Shown: one piece after another, positions 46,311 to 55,371 of the stretch
Position numbering within the stretch: position 1 is the first letter of the stretch
Layout of the letters: every line of letters begins with the position of its first letter
Source: Rhodocyclaceae bacterium
GTDB taxonomy: Bacteria > Pseudomonadota > Gammaproteobacteria > Burkholderiales > Rhodocyclaceae
NCBI GenBank assembly: GCA_044344385.1
Contig: JBIJCY010000001.1
Coordinates: 1-55,371 of the forward strand
DNA length: 55,371 nt
Direction of reading: 5' to 3'
Position numbers and translations under genes: made by a program
Notes under the pieces: model-generated
What the model saw: the letters and a program-made list of their open reading frames with translations, nothing else
The model's database searches: none
Told to the model about the DNA's origin: nothing

Positions 46311-46437
46311 GTAAGCGGATGTAAGCGCGCAGGGGCGTGAAAATTGTCTGGATAGTCGTCCGCGAGCAGCAGCGATGCTGGTCTTGCGGGATGTTGTTTC
46401 GGTGATGTGTCGCTTACATCCGCTAACAATTGCTTAC
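46311..46437. promoter_or_regulatory. Phased heptamer repeats (GTAAGCG x2 and inverted CGCTTAC-like x3) at 10-bp spacing; candidate regulator-binding array or RNA stem
   Basis: GTAAGCG lies at 46311-46317 and 46321-46327. CGCTTAC, CGCTAAC and TGCTTAC lie at 46411-17, 46421-27 and 46431-37. The 17-mer 46311-46327 is complementary to 46411-46427 at 16/17 positions. Confidence 0.4.
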
Positions 46438-46545
46438 CTTGGCAAGGCGCTTGGTTTTCTATATTGGGCTTGTCAGCCCCGTCATCTTCTGGGGCGGCAA
46501 TGGACCGCCCGTGCAGATAACTCAACCTTGATATTGGAGTGCGCC

Positions 46546-46875
46546 ATGAAAAACCCGATGAGAAGCAGCCTTCTTTTTTCTACCTTGATCGCCGTATTCT
46601 CCCTTCAGGCTCAAGCAGTCGACGCCCCGTCAAAGCCCGCGGCACCAACGCTGAGTGTCGAGCAGCGGGCGGCTAAAAAGGCGGAATCACAAGCCCGCTT
46701 TGCCGCTATGCCGCGTGAAGAAAAAGCGGCCAACAAAGGGCATAAACACCTTCCCGGAAAACCTGTTGTACCGGGCGCTGGACAAGGGAGTCGTCCTTCT
46801 GTCCAGAGTGGCGCAGGAGCGGGGCAGCACCCTGGTCAGGGTGCGCAAAACGGCCAAGGCAGCCGTGGGCGATAG
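46546..46875 (+). CDS. Secreted low-complexity (Gly/Gln/Ala/Pro-rich) small protein, 109 aa
   Basis: Start at the internal Met 46546 (GGAG RBS). Signal peptide MKNPMRSSLLFSTLIAVFSLQAQA. Confidence 0.5.
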   Translation: MKNPMRSSLLFSTLIAVFSLQAQAVDAPSKPAAPTLSVEQRAAKKAESQARFAAMPREEKAANKGHKHLPGKPVVPGAGQGSRPSVQSGAGAGQHPGQGAQNGQGSRGR

Positions 46876-47013
46876 CGCAGCGGGTGTGTGTCAGTCGTCA
46901 GCAGGAGGGCGAGTAGTGACAAGAGGCGCTTGGTTGAACGCTGAAGGTTTATTCGTGTTTGCATGTTCTGATTCTCGGGAAATCAATACCCTGACTTCTG
47001 CCAATTGCGTGTT

Positions 47014-48147
47014 TTAGCGCATGAATTTTCCGCTTTTTCCGATGATCGTCAGGTCTACCAGGCTGGACCCGTTGTGGCTGGTCGGCGAGTAGTTGATATG
47101 GAAGCCGCCGATATCGGTGTTGGTCATGCTCTCCAGTCCGCTGATCAGTTTTTCCCGGGTCAAATCTTTTCCTGCGCGCTTGAGGCCTTCAACCAGAACG
47201 CGCGCAGCAATATAGCCTTCCAGTGAGGTGAAGGACAGATCGGTTTTCCCGGATTTTTTCATCTGTGCCTGATAGTCGCGGGTGACTGGTTGCGTCCCCG
47301 ACCATGGGAACGGGACGACTTGAGCAATTGCAACGCCGACACCTTCCTGCCCAAGTTCCGCCGCCAGCGGTTTGCTGCCGACAAATGAAACGTTGTGAAA
47401 TTGTGCTGTGCTGCCGGCAAGTTTCATTGATTTGACGAAGGCGCCCACTGATTTGTAAGCGCTGACCATCACCACGGCTTCTGCTTGGGCTGCGTTGATA
47501 GTTTTTATAGCTGCGGCGACGTCGGTGGTGTTGCGCTCTACCGTGGCTGTGGCGGCGATCTTGAGGTTGCGTTTGCTCATGGCTTTTTCCATGCCGGCGA
47601 GACCTGCTTTGCCATAGGCGTCATTCTGATAGAACACAGCGATTTTTTTGATTCCGGTTGTTGTCAGGTTCTCGACAATCTTTTCCGTCTCGTCAAAATA
47701 GCTGGCACGGACGTTGAGGATGTAGCGGTTGAATGGACTACGAAGGAGTTCGGCTCCTGTGAAGGCGCCAACAAAAGGCACTTTGGCTTCGCTGAAGATC
47801 GGTAGCGCTGCTGCGCTGGTTGGTGTGCCGACATAGGCAAAAAGGGCCAGCACCTTTTCCTCGTCAATCAATTTTCTGGTATTGGCGGCAGCGCGCTCGG
47901 GTTCGTAGCCGTCGTCCAGCGAAACAAGCTGAAGCTTGCGGCCGTGTATGCCGCCTGCTTCATTGACTTGATCAAAGCAAAGTTGCGCCCCCAGTCGCAT
48001 TTCCAGCCCCAGTTCCTGTGCCGGGCCGGATAGGGCCGCCGATTGTCCAATAAGGATGGTTTTCTCGCTTACGCCCGGCTCGGCGTGTGACGCGAGGGAT
48101 GTTAGCAGCATTGAAACAAGAAATGTCAGACGGAACAGGTTGTGCAT
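47014..48147 (-). CDS. ABC-transporter substrate-binding protein, Leu/Ile/Val-binding (LivK/PBP1) family; no permease or ATPase genes adjacent
   Basis: 377 aa with a signal peptide. GQSAALSGPAQELG, G.HGRKL.LVSLDDGYEP and the typical PBP type-1 layout. Confidence 0.85.
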   Translation of the reverse strand: MHNLFRLTFLVSMLLTSLASHAEPGVSEKTILIGQSAALSGPAQELGLEMRLGAQLCFDQVNEAGGIHGRKLQLVSLDDGYEPERAAANTRKLIDEEKVLALFAYVGTPTSAAALPIFSEAKVPFVGAFTGAELLRSPFNRYILNVRASYFDETEKIVENLTTTGIKKIAVFYQNDAYGKAGLAGMEKAMSKRNLKIAATATVERNTTDVAAAIKTINAAQAEAVVMVSAYKSVGAFVKSMKLAGSTAQFHNVSFVGSKPLAAELGQEGVGVAIAQVVPFPWSGTQPVTRDYQAQMKKSGKTDLSFTSLEGYIAARVLVEGLKRAGKDLTREKLISGLESMTNTDIGGFHINYSPTSHNGSSLVDLTIIGKSGKFMR

Positions 48148-48237
48148 TATTGTTCTCTTTGGATGGGTAGGTTATGGCCCCACGGCCGGCAGGAAGGGAA
48201 TAGTATATACAGGTAACCTGAGCGCAAGGAGACCGGA

Positions 48238-51200
48238 ATGTTACCGAGTGTCGATGAAGCTGGAGCGAATCAACTCAGTGCAGTGATCGCGCAAATTTCA
48301 GGCAAACTGCCTGCTGATCAGGCGGCTGCCGTTGAAATATTTGCCCGTCAATATTTCCGACAGGTTGACCTGGAGGATATGGCTGAGCGGCGGGTAGCCG
48401 ATCTCTATGGCGTGGTTCTCAGTCACTGGAATTTCATACGAAAGCACGCCGGCGGCACGCGGCTTCGGGTTTATAACCCGCGGCTCGAAGAACACGGCTG
48501 GGAGTCGACACATACGGTGATCGAGATCGTCAGCGACGATATGCCGTTTTTGGTTGATTCAATCGGCATGGAGGTAAATCGCCAGGGGCTGACGCTGCAT
48601 CTGATCATTCATCCGGTGATGCGGCTGGTGCGTGATGGCAGCGGCCAGTTCGTGAAGTTTGCTGAAGAACGTGATGGCGAGGCGGCTCGCTATGAGTCGA
48701 TCATTCACGTTGAGGTTGATCGGCGCACGCAACCGGCGCAGCTTGAGGCCTTGCAGCAGGGTCTGGAGCTGACGCTGGCCGATGTGCGGGCTGCGGTAAG
48801 CGACTGGCCTTTGATGCGCCAGCGGTTGGCGGAAATTGTCGCCGAGACGGCTAATTTTCCGCGCGATGAAGATGCCGCAGAAGTTACCGCCTTCCTGCAA
48901 TGGCTGGCCGAAGATAACTTTGTGCTGCTCGGTTGTCGCGACTACGATTTGTTGACCGACAAAGCGGAGAACGAGCTGCATATTTGTGCCGGCTCGGGTT
49001 TGGGAATTCTTCGCGAAACCGGGCAGGGCAGTCGCTCGGTGTCTTTTGCCGCACTGCCCTCTGAGCTGAAAACGCAGGCCAATCAGCCGACGCTATTAAC
49101 GATAACCAAGTCGAATACCCGTTCGCGGGTGCACCGCCCTGGCTATATGGATTATGTCGGGGTCAAGACTTTCGATACGCAGGGCCGGGTGACGGGCGAG
49201 CGCCGCCTGCTCGGTATGTTGGCGTCGACGGCCTACACGACCAATCCCTCGCGCATTCCGCTGCTACGCCGCAAGTTGGAGAGCGTTGTCAGCCAAGCCG
49301 AATTCCTGCCGAAGAGCCATGCGGCGAAAGCGCTGGCCACCATTCTTGAGCAGTATCCGCGCGACGAACTGTTCCAGATTTCGCCCGATGACTTGTATCA
49401 CAACGCCATGGGCATTCTGCATCTCGGCGAACGCCAGCGTATCCGCCTGTTCGTTCGTTGCGATCCGTTTGCGCGGTTTGTCTCGTGTCTGGTTTATGTG
49501 TCGCGCGAGAATTACAACACCGAGCAACGTCAGCGCATCCAGACGGTAATGATGGAAGCCTTTGGCGGGGTTTCCAGCGAGTTCGAGGTGCGTTTTTCCG
49601 AATCCGCGTTGGCGCGTATTTTCATCATCGTCAGAACGGCGGGCGGCAGAATTCCTGCGTATGACGTGCGCGAGCTCGAAGCACGTGTCGTGCGAGCGAC
49701 CCGCCGTTGGGAAGACGACCTGCAGCAGGCGTTGCTGGAGCAATGTGGCGAGGAGCGCGGCATGCATCTGAGCAGTCGCTATTCCGGTGCTTTTCCTGCG
49801 GGTTACCGTGAGGATTACCCGGCGCGCGTTGCGGTGCACGATATCGAGCAGATCGAGTCCCTTGGTGCCGGCGATGGCCTGCGCATGAGTCTATACGTAC
49901 CGCTTGAAGCATCGCCCGGGCAATTGCGTTTCAAGATTTTTTGTGCCGGTGCGCCGGTGCCGCTTTCGTCAAGCCTGCCGATGCTTGAGCACATGGGTGT
50001 GCGGGTGATCGAGGAGCGGCCGGCGCGCATCGACATTCGTGCGGATCGTCCGGTGTGGGTGCACGATTTCGGAATGACTTGTCCGGGCGTTGAAGAGATG
50101 GATATCGACCGTCTGCGTCCGCTATTCCAGGAGGCGTTTTTGCGCGCATGGGAAGGGGCGATCGAAAACGATGATTTCAACCGGCTGACCTTGCTGGCGG
50201 GGCTGGACTGGCGCGAGATCAGCGTGCTGCGCGCGTATTCGAAATACATGCGGCAGGCGACGTTTACGTTCAGCCAGTCGTACATGGAGCAGACGCTCGC
50301 CAGCCACCCGCAACTGGCGCGGCAGTTGATCGAGCTGTTTACGCTGCGTTTTGATCCGGTTGGGGTGGTCGAGATGGACGAGCGCAGTGCGCGCGGCGAT
50401 CGTCTGGTCGCTGAAATCGGCGCTACGCTGGATGGCGTTGCGAATCTTGATGAGGACCGCATCCTGCGCCAGTTCCTTGCGATGATTCTGGCAACTGTGC
50501 GGACCAATTATTATCAGCGTACCAGCGATGGCCAGCCGAAGTCCTACCTTTCCTTCAAGTTCGACCCGGCAAAAATTCCGAATCTGCCCGAGCCGCGGCC
50601 GATGTTTGAGATCTATGTTTATTCGCCACGCTTCGAGGGTGTGCATTTGCGCGGCGGTAAAGTGGCGCGCGGCGGGTTGCGCTGGTCGGACCGCATGGAG
50701 GATTTCCGTACCGAGGTGCTCGGGCTGGTGAAGGCCCAGATGGTGAAGAATGCGGTGATCGTGCCGGTCGGCTCGAAGGGAGGTTTTGTTGTCAAAAATC
50801 CGCCCGTTGGCGGTGACCGCGATGCGCTGCTGGCTGAGGGGGTGACTTGCTACAAGACCTATCTGCGCGGCCTGCTCGACCTTACAGATAATCTGGTGCA
50901 GGGCAAGATTGCTCCGCCACCGGACGTTGTTCGGCACGACGCTGATGATCCCTATCTGGTGGTCGCGGCCGACAAGGGCACGGCTTCCTTTTCAGATTAT
51001 GCCAATTCTATTTCAGCCGAATATGGCTTCTGGCTTGGCGATGCCTTTGCTTCCGGCGGCTCGGTAGGCTATGACCACAAGAAAATGGGCATCACCGCGC
51101 GCGGTGCGTGGGAGTCGGTGCAGCGCCACTTCCGTGAGCTCGGGTTGAATACGCAGAACGAGGCGTTCACGGTAGTTGGTATCGGCGATATGTCGGGCGA

Positions 51201-53058
51201 CGTGTTCGGTAACGGCATGCTGTTGTCGCCGCACATCCGGCTCATTGCTGCCTTTGACCATCGCCACGTGTTCATTGATCCGGCGCCTGATGCCGAAAAA
51301 TCGTTTGCTGAACGTGCGCGCCTTTTCGCCTTGCCGCGCTCGTCGTGGGACGATTTCGACAAGACGCTGATTTCCGAAGGTGGCGGTGTCTGGCCGCGCA
51401 GCGCCAAGTCGATCAAGCTTTCGCCGCAAACGCGCGCTGCTTTGGGCATCGAGACCGAAACGCTGACGCCGTCTGAGTTGATCCGTTGCATTCTTGTCGC
51501 GCCGGTCGATCTGCTCTATAACGGCGGCATTGGCACCTACATCAAATCACAAGGTGAGAGCGATGCTGCGGTTGGCGATCGGGCCAACGATGCGATCCGG
51601 ATCAATGGCGCTGATCTGCATTGTCGCGTCGTCTGCGAGGGCGGTAATCTGGGCTGTACACAATTGGGGCGGATCGAGTTTGCCTTGAAGGGCGGCCGCA
51701 TCTGCACCGACGCAATCGACAACTCGGGCGGTGTCGATTGTTCCGACCATGAAGTGAATATCAAGATATTGCTCAACGCGGTTGTCGCCGAAGGTGAGCT
51801 CACCGGGAAGCAGCGCAACAAGCTGCTCGCCGAAATGACCGATGAGGTTTCAGCACTGGTGTTGCGCGACAATTATTTCCAGACGCAGGTGCTGTCGGTC
51901 AGCCGCGCACGCGGCCCGCAGCTGCTTGATGAGCAGGCGCGTTATCTACGCAAACTGGGCAACGCCGGGCGGCTCAACCGGAAGATCGAGTACCTGCCCT
52001 TCGATGAAGAAATTGCCGAACGGAAATCGGCACGGCTTGGTTTGGTCAGCCCGGAACTGGCGGTTTTGCTGGCTTACAGCAAGATTGAGCTGTTTGACGC
52101 GGTGCTCGCGTCCGATGTGCCGGAAGATCCCTACATACGCACCGCACTTTCCCGGTATTTCCCCGTGCCACTGCGTGAGCGTTATGCCGAACAGATTGAA
52201 CGCCATCCGCTGAAACGTGAAATCATCGCCACCTATGTGGTGAATAGCATGATCAACCGCGTTGGCAGCACCTTCGTCAGCCAGTTGCAGGAAGAAACCG
52301 GTGCGGCGGCGGCTGATATCGTTCGCGCCTATCTCGCGGCGCGGCAGGTGTTCGACGTGGTGTCGCTGTGGCAGGAGATTGAGGCGCTCGACAATGTGGT
52401 GGCCGATAGTGTGCAGACGTCGATGATTCTCGATTCGAGTCGCCTGGTACAGCGCGGCACCTTGTGGTTTTTACGCCATCGTGAGCAGATCGTTGATCTG
52501 AGCGCCACGCTGGCGCGCTTCTCGCCGGGCGTTCAGCTACTTGCAGCGCGCCTGCATGAGGTGGTTACGCCGAGTTACCGCGCCGAACTTGATGCCGTGA
52601 GCAGTCGTTACACGGCGCTTGGTGTGCCGGAGCCGCTGGCGCAGCGCGTTGCCGGTCTCGACGAGCTCTATTCCGCGCTCGATTTGGTGATGGTTGCCGC
52701 AGAAACCGGGCGTCCGGAAGCGCTGGTGGCATCGGTGTATTTTGCGTTGGGCGGCTGCTTTGATTTGCACTGGCTTGGCCGCCAGATATCGGTCCTGCCG
52801 GCCGATACGCACTGGCAAGGCTTGGCGCGCACGGCCTTGCGCGACGATCTGTCGACGCAGGCACGCAATCTCGCAGCAGATGTGCTTAGATGCTCGCCGC
52901 AGGTCGACGAGCTTGGTGCGCTGATCAGCGGCTGGGAGAGTGGCCGGCAGTTCCAGATCGAACGTTGCCGGCAACTTTTTGCCGACCTGCGTTCGGCCGA
53001 CATGATCGATATGTCGATGCTGTCGGTGCTGCTGCGCGAGTTGCGCAGTCTGGTTTGA
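48238..53058 (+). CDS. gdhB: NAD-specific glutamate dehydrogenase, large (~180 kDa) class
   Basis: 1606 aa. Size and motifs (RGGLRWSDR.EDFRTEVLGLVKAQ.VKN, ADKGTA.FSD.AN, GIGDMSGDVFGNGML, CEGGNLG.TQ.GRIE) match the GdhB/NAD-GDH family. Confidence 0.95.
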   Translation: MLPSVDEAGANQLSAVIAQISGKLPADQAAAVEIFARQYFRQVDLEDMAERRVADLYGVVLSHWNFIRKHAGGTRLRVYNPRLEEHGWESTHTVIEIVSDDMPFLVDSIGMEVNRQGLTLHLIIHPVMRLVRDGSGQFVKFAEERDGEAARYESIIHVEVDRRTQPAQLEALQQGLELTLADVRAAVSDWPLMRQRLAEIVAETANFPRDEDAAEVTAFLQWLAEDNFVLLGCRDYDLLTDKAENELHICAGSGLGILRETGQGSRSVSFAALPSELKTQANQPTLLTITKSNTRSRVHRPGYMDYVGVKTFDTQGRVTGERRLLGMLASTAYTTNPSRIPLLRRKLESVVSQAEFLPKSHAAKALATILEQYPRDELFQISPDDLYHNAMGILHLGERQRIRLFVRCDPFARFVSCLVYVSRENYNTEQRQRIQTVMMEAFGGVSSEFEVRFSESALARIFIIVRTAGGRIPAYDVRELEARVVRATRRWEDDLQQALLEQCGEERGMHLSSRYSGAFPAGYREDYPARVAVHDIEQIESLGAGDGLRMSLYVPLEASPGQLRFKIFCAGAPVPLSSSLPMLEHMGVRVIEERPARIDIRADRPVWVHDFGMTCPGVEEMDIDRLRPLFQEAFLRAWEGAIENDDFNRLTLLAGLDWREISVLRAYSKYMRQATFTFSQSYMEQTLASHPQLARQLIELFTLRFDPVGVVEMDERSARGDRLVAEIGATLDGVANLDEDRILRQFLAMILATVRTNYYQRTSDGQPKSYLSFKFDPAKIPNLPEPRPMFEIYVYSPRFEGVHLRGGKVARGGLRWSDRMEDFRTEVLGLVKAQMVKNAVIVPVGSKGGFVVKNPPVGGDRDALLAEGVTCYKTYLRGLLDLTDNLVQGKIAPPPDVVRHDADDPYLVVAADKGTASFSDYANSISAEYGFWLGDAFASGGSVGYDHKKMGITARGAWESVQRHFRELGLNTQNEAFTVVGIGDMSGDVFGNGMLLSPHIRLIAAFDHRHVFIDPAPDAEKSFAERARLFALPRSSWDDFDKTLISEGGGVWPRSAKSIKLSPQTRAALGIETETLTPSELIRCILVAPVDLLYNGGIGTYIKSQGESDAAVGDRANDAIRINGADLHCRVVCEGGNLGCTQLGRIEFALKGGRICTDAIDNSGGVDCSDHEVNIKILLNAVVAEGELTGKQRNKLLAEMTDEVSALVLRDNYFQTQVLSVSRARGPQLLDEQARYLRKLGNAGRLNRKIEYLPFDEEIAERKSARLGLVSPELAVLLAYSKIELFDAVLASDVPEDPYIRTALSRYFPVPLRERYAEQIERHPLKREIIATYVVNSMINRVGSTFVSQLQEETGAAAADIVRAYLAARQVFDVVSLWQEIEALDNVVADSVQTSMILDSSRLVQRGTLWFLRHREQIVDLSATLARFSPGVQLLAARLHEVVTPSYRAELDAVSSRYTALGVPEPLAQRVAGLDELYSALDLVMVAAETGRPEALVASVYFALGGCFDLHWLGRQISVLPADTHWQGLARTALRDDLSTQARNLAADVLRCSPQVDELGALISGWESGRQFQIERCRQLFADLRSADMIDMSMLSVLLRELRSLV

Positions 53059-53067
53059 TTAAACTTT

Positions 53068-54033
53068 TTAAAGCCAGCCGAAGCGCTTGAAGCGTCGATA
53101 CAAGGTGATGCAGGTGATTGAAATGACGGCAATCGCCATCGGGTAGCCGTACTCCCATTGCAATTCCGGCATGGCCTTGAAATTCATGCCCCAGATGCCG
53201 GCAAAGGCCGTGGCGACAGCGAAAATACCGGCCCAGGCGGCGAGTTTCTTGTTTACTTCGCTTTCTTCGATGGCGACCATCGACAGGTTTACCTGGATTG
53301 CCGTGCCAATCGTGTCGCGGATCGTATCGAGTGACGCATTGATCCGGGTTAGATGGTCGTATACGTCGCGGAAGTATTCCTGAGAGTTGGCGCAGGTCTT
53401 CGGTACCCGGCCGCCGAACAGCTTGCCGGTGGCTTCCATCAGCGGCGCGACGGCATGCTTGACTACCATCACCTTGCGCTTCAAGGCGTATAGCCGTTCG
53501 ATGTTGGCCCGCGCCGTTCCTTTGTCAAAAATTTGCTCCTCAATTGTTTCAAGTTCAGTTTCGAGCACTTCGACAATGGGGAAGTAGCGGTCCACTACCG
53601 TATCCATCAACGCATAGAAGACGAAACCAGCGCCGTGCGAGAGCAGTTGCGACTCGTGTTCGCAGCGCTCGCGAACGTTGATAAAGCTCTGCTCGCTGCG
53701 GTTTCGTACGGATAGTACGTAGTTGGCGCCAACGAAAATGTGCACCTCTCCGGCCGAAAGTTCGTTGTCCTTGAGTTGAAGCGGGTGCAGAACGCAAAAA
53801 AGTGAGTCGCCGTATTCCTCGATCTTCGGCCGTTGGTGCCCGTTGCGCGCATCTTCAACGGCAAGCTCGTGCAGCCCGAATTCGAGTTTCATTTCGTCGA
53901 GTTCGGCAGGCTTCGGATCGCGCAACGCGACCCAAACGAAGGCGTCGGGGCGCTCGACGTAGTCGCTGATGTTGGTCACAGGGATATCGGCAAGTTTTTT
54001 GCCGTTGGCGTAGGCGGCGCAATTGATCAGCAT
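53068..54033 (-). CDS. corA: Magnesium/cobalt transporter CorA
   Basis: 321 aa. Two C-terminal TM helices with the GMN motif (GIWGMNFKAMPEL). Confidence 0.93.
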   Translation of the reverse strand: MLINCAAYANGKKLADIPVTNISDYVERPDAFVWVALRDPKPAELDEMKLEFGLHELAVEDARNGHQRPKIEEYGDSLFCVLHPLQLKDNELSAGEVHIFVGANYVLSVRNRSEQSFINVRERCEHESQLLSHGAGFVFYALMDTVVDRYFPIVEVLETELETIEEQIFDKGTARANIERLYALKRKVMVVKHAVAPLMEATGKLFGGRVPKTCANSQEYFRDVYDHLTRINASLDTIRDTIGTAIQVNLSMVAIEESEVNKKLAAWAGIFAVATAFAGIWGMNFKAMPELQWEYGYPMAIAVISITCITLYRRFKRFGWL

Positions 54034-54132
54034 CGGCGTGTTCCCAAAGGGTTGAGTCTTGCCTGAGTATACTTCGAGCCCCGCATGTTTGTTGCCGGGA
54101 ACGAATAGTGAATGTGTGTTGTTCGATGCGGC

Positions 54133-54166
54133 GAAAAAAAACCGCAGAGATGGCTCTCTGCGGTTT
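54133..54166 (-). terminator. Rho-independent terminator downstream of the GST gene
   Basis: AACCGCAGAGA-TGGC-TCTCTGCGGTT, followed on the minus strand by a T8 run (the complement of A 54134-54141). Confidence 0.75.
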
Positions 54167-54193
54167 GTGTTGCAGCTTTACGGTTTTGCGATG

Positions 54194-54802
54194 TCAGCCT
54201 TGCGGTACGGTTTCCGCAAAAGTCGAGCGTAGCATCAGTTTGTCGTAGACACGGGCCAGGTTGGGGTGGCTTTCACGCCAGTCGATCTCGGGGAAGCGGA
54301 AGGCAAGATAGCCCAGCGCGCAGCCCGTGGTGATGTCGGCCAGCGAAAAATGCGTGCCGATACACCAGGTGTTCTCACCGAGTTGCTCGGACATGAACTC
54401 AAGGCTGCGGACGATCTTGTCTTCCTGACGAGCGATCCAGTCAGCACTCTGTTGTTTGGCAGGACGCTTGCGCTCCAAAAAAATCAGCGCAGCCGCGTCG
54501 CAAATGCCATCGCCCAGCGCTTCCCAGCGCTTGACTTCGGTGCGCTCGCGGTTCGGCGCAGGCATCAGCTTGTTGTTCGGCGTAACGTTGTCGAGATACT
54601 CGACGATGACGCGCGAATCGAACAGGACGGTATCGTCGTCAAGCACGAGCACCGGGATTTTTCCCAGCGGGTTGATTTGCGCTACCTTGTTGTCCGGCGT
54701 CCACGGGGAGTCAAGCTCGAAATCGTATTCGATTTTCTTTTCTGCCAGAACAACGCGTGCTTTACGGGCGTAGGGGCTGGTCAGTGATCCAATAAGCTTC
54801 AT
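54194..54802 (-). CDS. Glutathione S-transferase (YibF/GstB-like)
   Basis: 202 aa. N-terminal thioredoxin-like motif MKLIGSLTSPYARKARVVL and IPVLVLDD, with a GST_C helical domain. Confidence 0.88.
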   Translation of the reverse strand: MKLIGSLTSPYARKARVVLAEKKIEYDFELDSPWTPDNKVAQINPLGKIPVLVLDDDTVLFDSRVIVEYLDNVTPNNKLMPAPNRERTEVKRWEALGDGICDAAALIFLERKRPAKQQSADWIARQEDKIVRSLEFMSEQLGENTWCIGTHFSLADITTGCALGYLAFRFPEIDWRESHPNLARVYDKLMLRSTFAETVPQG

Positions 54803-54917
54803 TTGCTTCCTGTTTGTTGGTTTTTCGAGCGAATTATACCATCCAGCCCTCGATCAATTTGCGGGAGGAATTCACGGACGAGTAAAATACAAGGTTTGCA
54901 GTCCTAGGATAACGCCC

Positions 54918-55371
54918 ATGTCTTTCAGTTCCCTTACATCGCTGTCACCGCTTGATGGCCGTTATGCCAGCAAAGTTGACGCGCTACGCCCGCAGTTTTC
55001 CGAGTACGGGCTGATTCGCCGCCGCCTTCAGGTCGAGATCGAATGGCTCAAGGCCTTGGCTGCCGAGCCGCACTTCGCTGAAATTCCGGCGTTTTCGCCG
55101 GCGACTGTCGCCGAACTCGACGCCCTTGTTGCCGGTTTCGGCCCGCAACAGGCGGCCGAAGTGAAGGAAATCGAGGCGGTGACCAATCACGACGTCAAGG
55201 CGCTGGAGTACTGGATCAAGAAACAGCTGGCAAATAATGCAGAGGTCATGCGCGTCTCGGAGTTTATACACTTTGCCTGCACTTCGGAAGACATCAACAA
55301 TCTTTCGCACGCCTTGATGCTGAAATCAGCGCGCGACGAGACGATGCTGCCGATGCTCGACAAGGTGCTGG
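54918..55371 (+). CDS. purB: Adenylosuccinate lyase (5' part; runs off the window)
   Basis: ATG 54918 is open to the window end. MSFSSLTSLSPLDGRYASKVDALRPQFSEYGLIRRRLQVEIEWLKAL parallels the E. coli PurB N-terminus as remembered. Confidence 0.9.
   Translation, partial: MSFSSLTSLSPLDGRYASKVDALRPQFSEYGLIRRRLQVEIEWLKALAAEPHFAEIPAFSPATVAELDALVAGFGPQQAAEVKEIEAVTNHDVKALEYWIKKQLANNAEVMRVSEFIHFACTSEDINNLSHALMLKSARDETMLPMLDKVL

Noticed and set aside
46271-46525. 84-aa minus-strand ORF in the 46215-46545 intergenic region
   Set aside because: It has no RBS and a low-complexity composition, and it spans the heptamer-repeat array. It is more likely non-coding regulatory DNA.
49264-50937. Series of 190-270-aa antisense ORFs inside gdhB (49264-49839, 49815-50507, 50122-50937)
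   Set aside because: Antisense ORFs within NAD-GDH genes are a known source of spurious protein families. The sense frame is continuous for 1606 aa with the family motifs.
1-55371. Searched for a defence island, prophage, integron, CRISPR array, toxin-antitoxin pair, transposase or integrase
   Set aside because: No ORF translation shows nuclease/ATPase/methylase defence hallmarks, phage structural proteins or recombinase motifs, and there is no repeat-spacer array. The window reads as core chromosome.

Overview
High-GC (about 60% by eye) chromosomal segment. Gene content and order look betaproteobacterial, possibly Rhodocyclales-like, but the taxon is inference only. I call about 50 protein-coding genes, mostly core metabolism and housekeeping. 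They include a glycolate/glyoxylate set (hyi, MOFRL glycerate kinase, GntR regulator, glcDEF), rhlE, tas, ugpB-ugpQ, alaS, algC, waaF, ilvE, a nudJ-like gene, mnmA, the giant NAD-glutamate dehydrogenase gdhB, corA, a GST and the 5' part of purB. I recognised no rRNA, tRNA, CRISPR array, transposase, integrase, prophage or known defence module, so I cannot point to a clear-cut novel system. The features most worth a second look are listed here. (1) Three tandem EAL-HDOD (PdeH/COG3434-type) paralogs, of which only the middle copy keeps a full catalytic signature by eye. They sit in a window that also holds two stand-alone HDOD proteins and an HD-GYP response regulator. (2) The glcDEF genes run without a visible terminator into HDOD, acyl-CoA synthetase, a small ORF and a PP2C phosphatase. 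(3) A 612-aa membrane protein combines two Tim44-like modules, two zinc ribbons and a TerB-like tail, and follows a 70-aa ORF. (4) A DprE1/DprE2-like oxidase-reductase pair lies next to a flippase-like membrane protein. (5) There is a family of very long hairpins whose arms are tandem 8-mers, an insertion-like repeat in front of a response-regulator gene, and 10-bp-phased heptamer repeats in a divergent promoter region. All functional calls come from reading the supplied translations for motifs and from remembered homologs. No database search was run.
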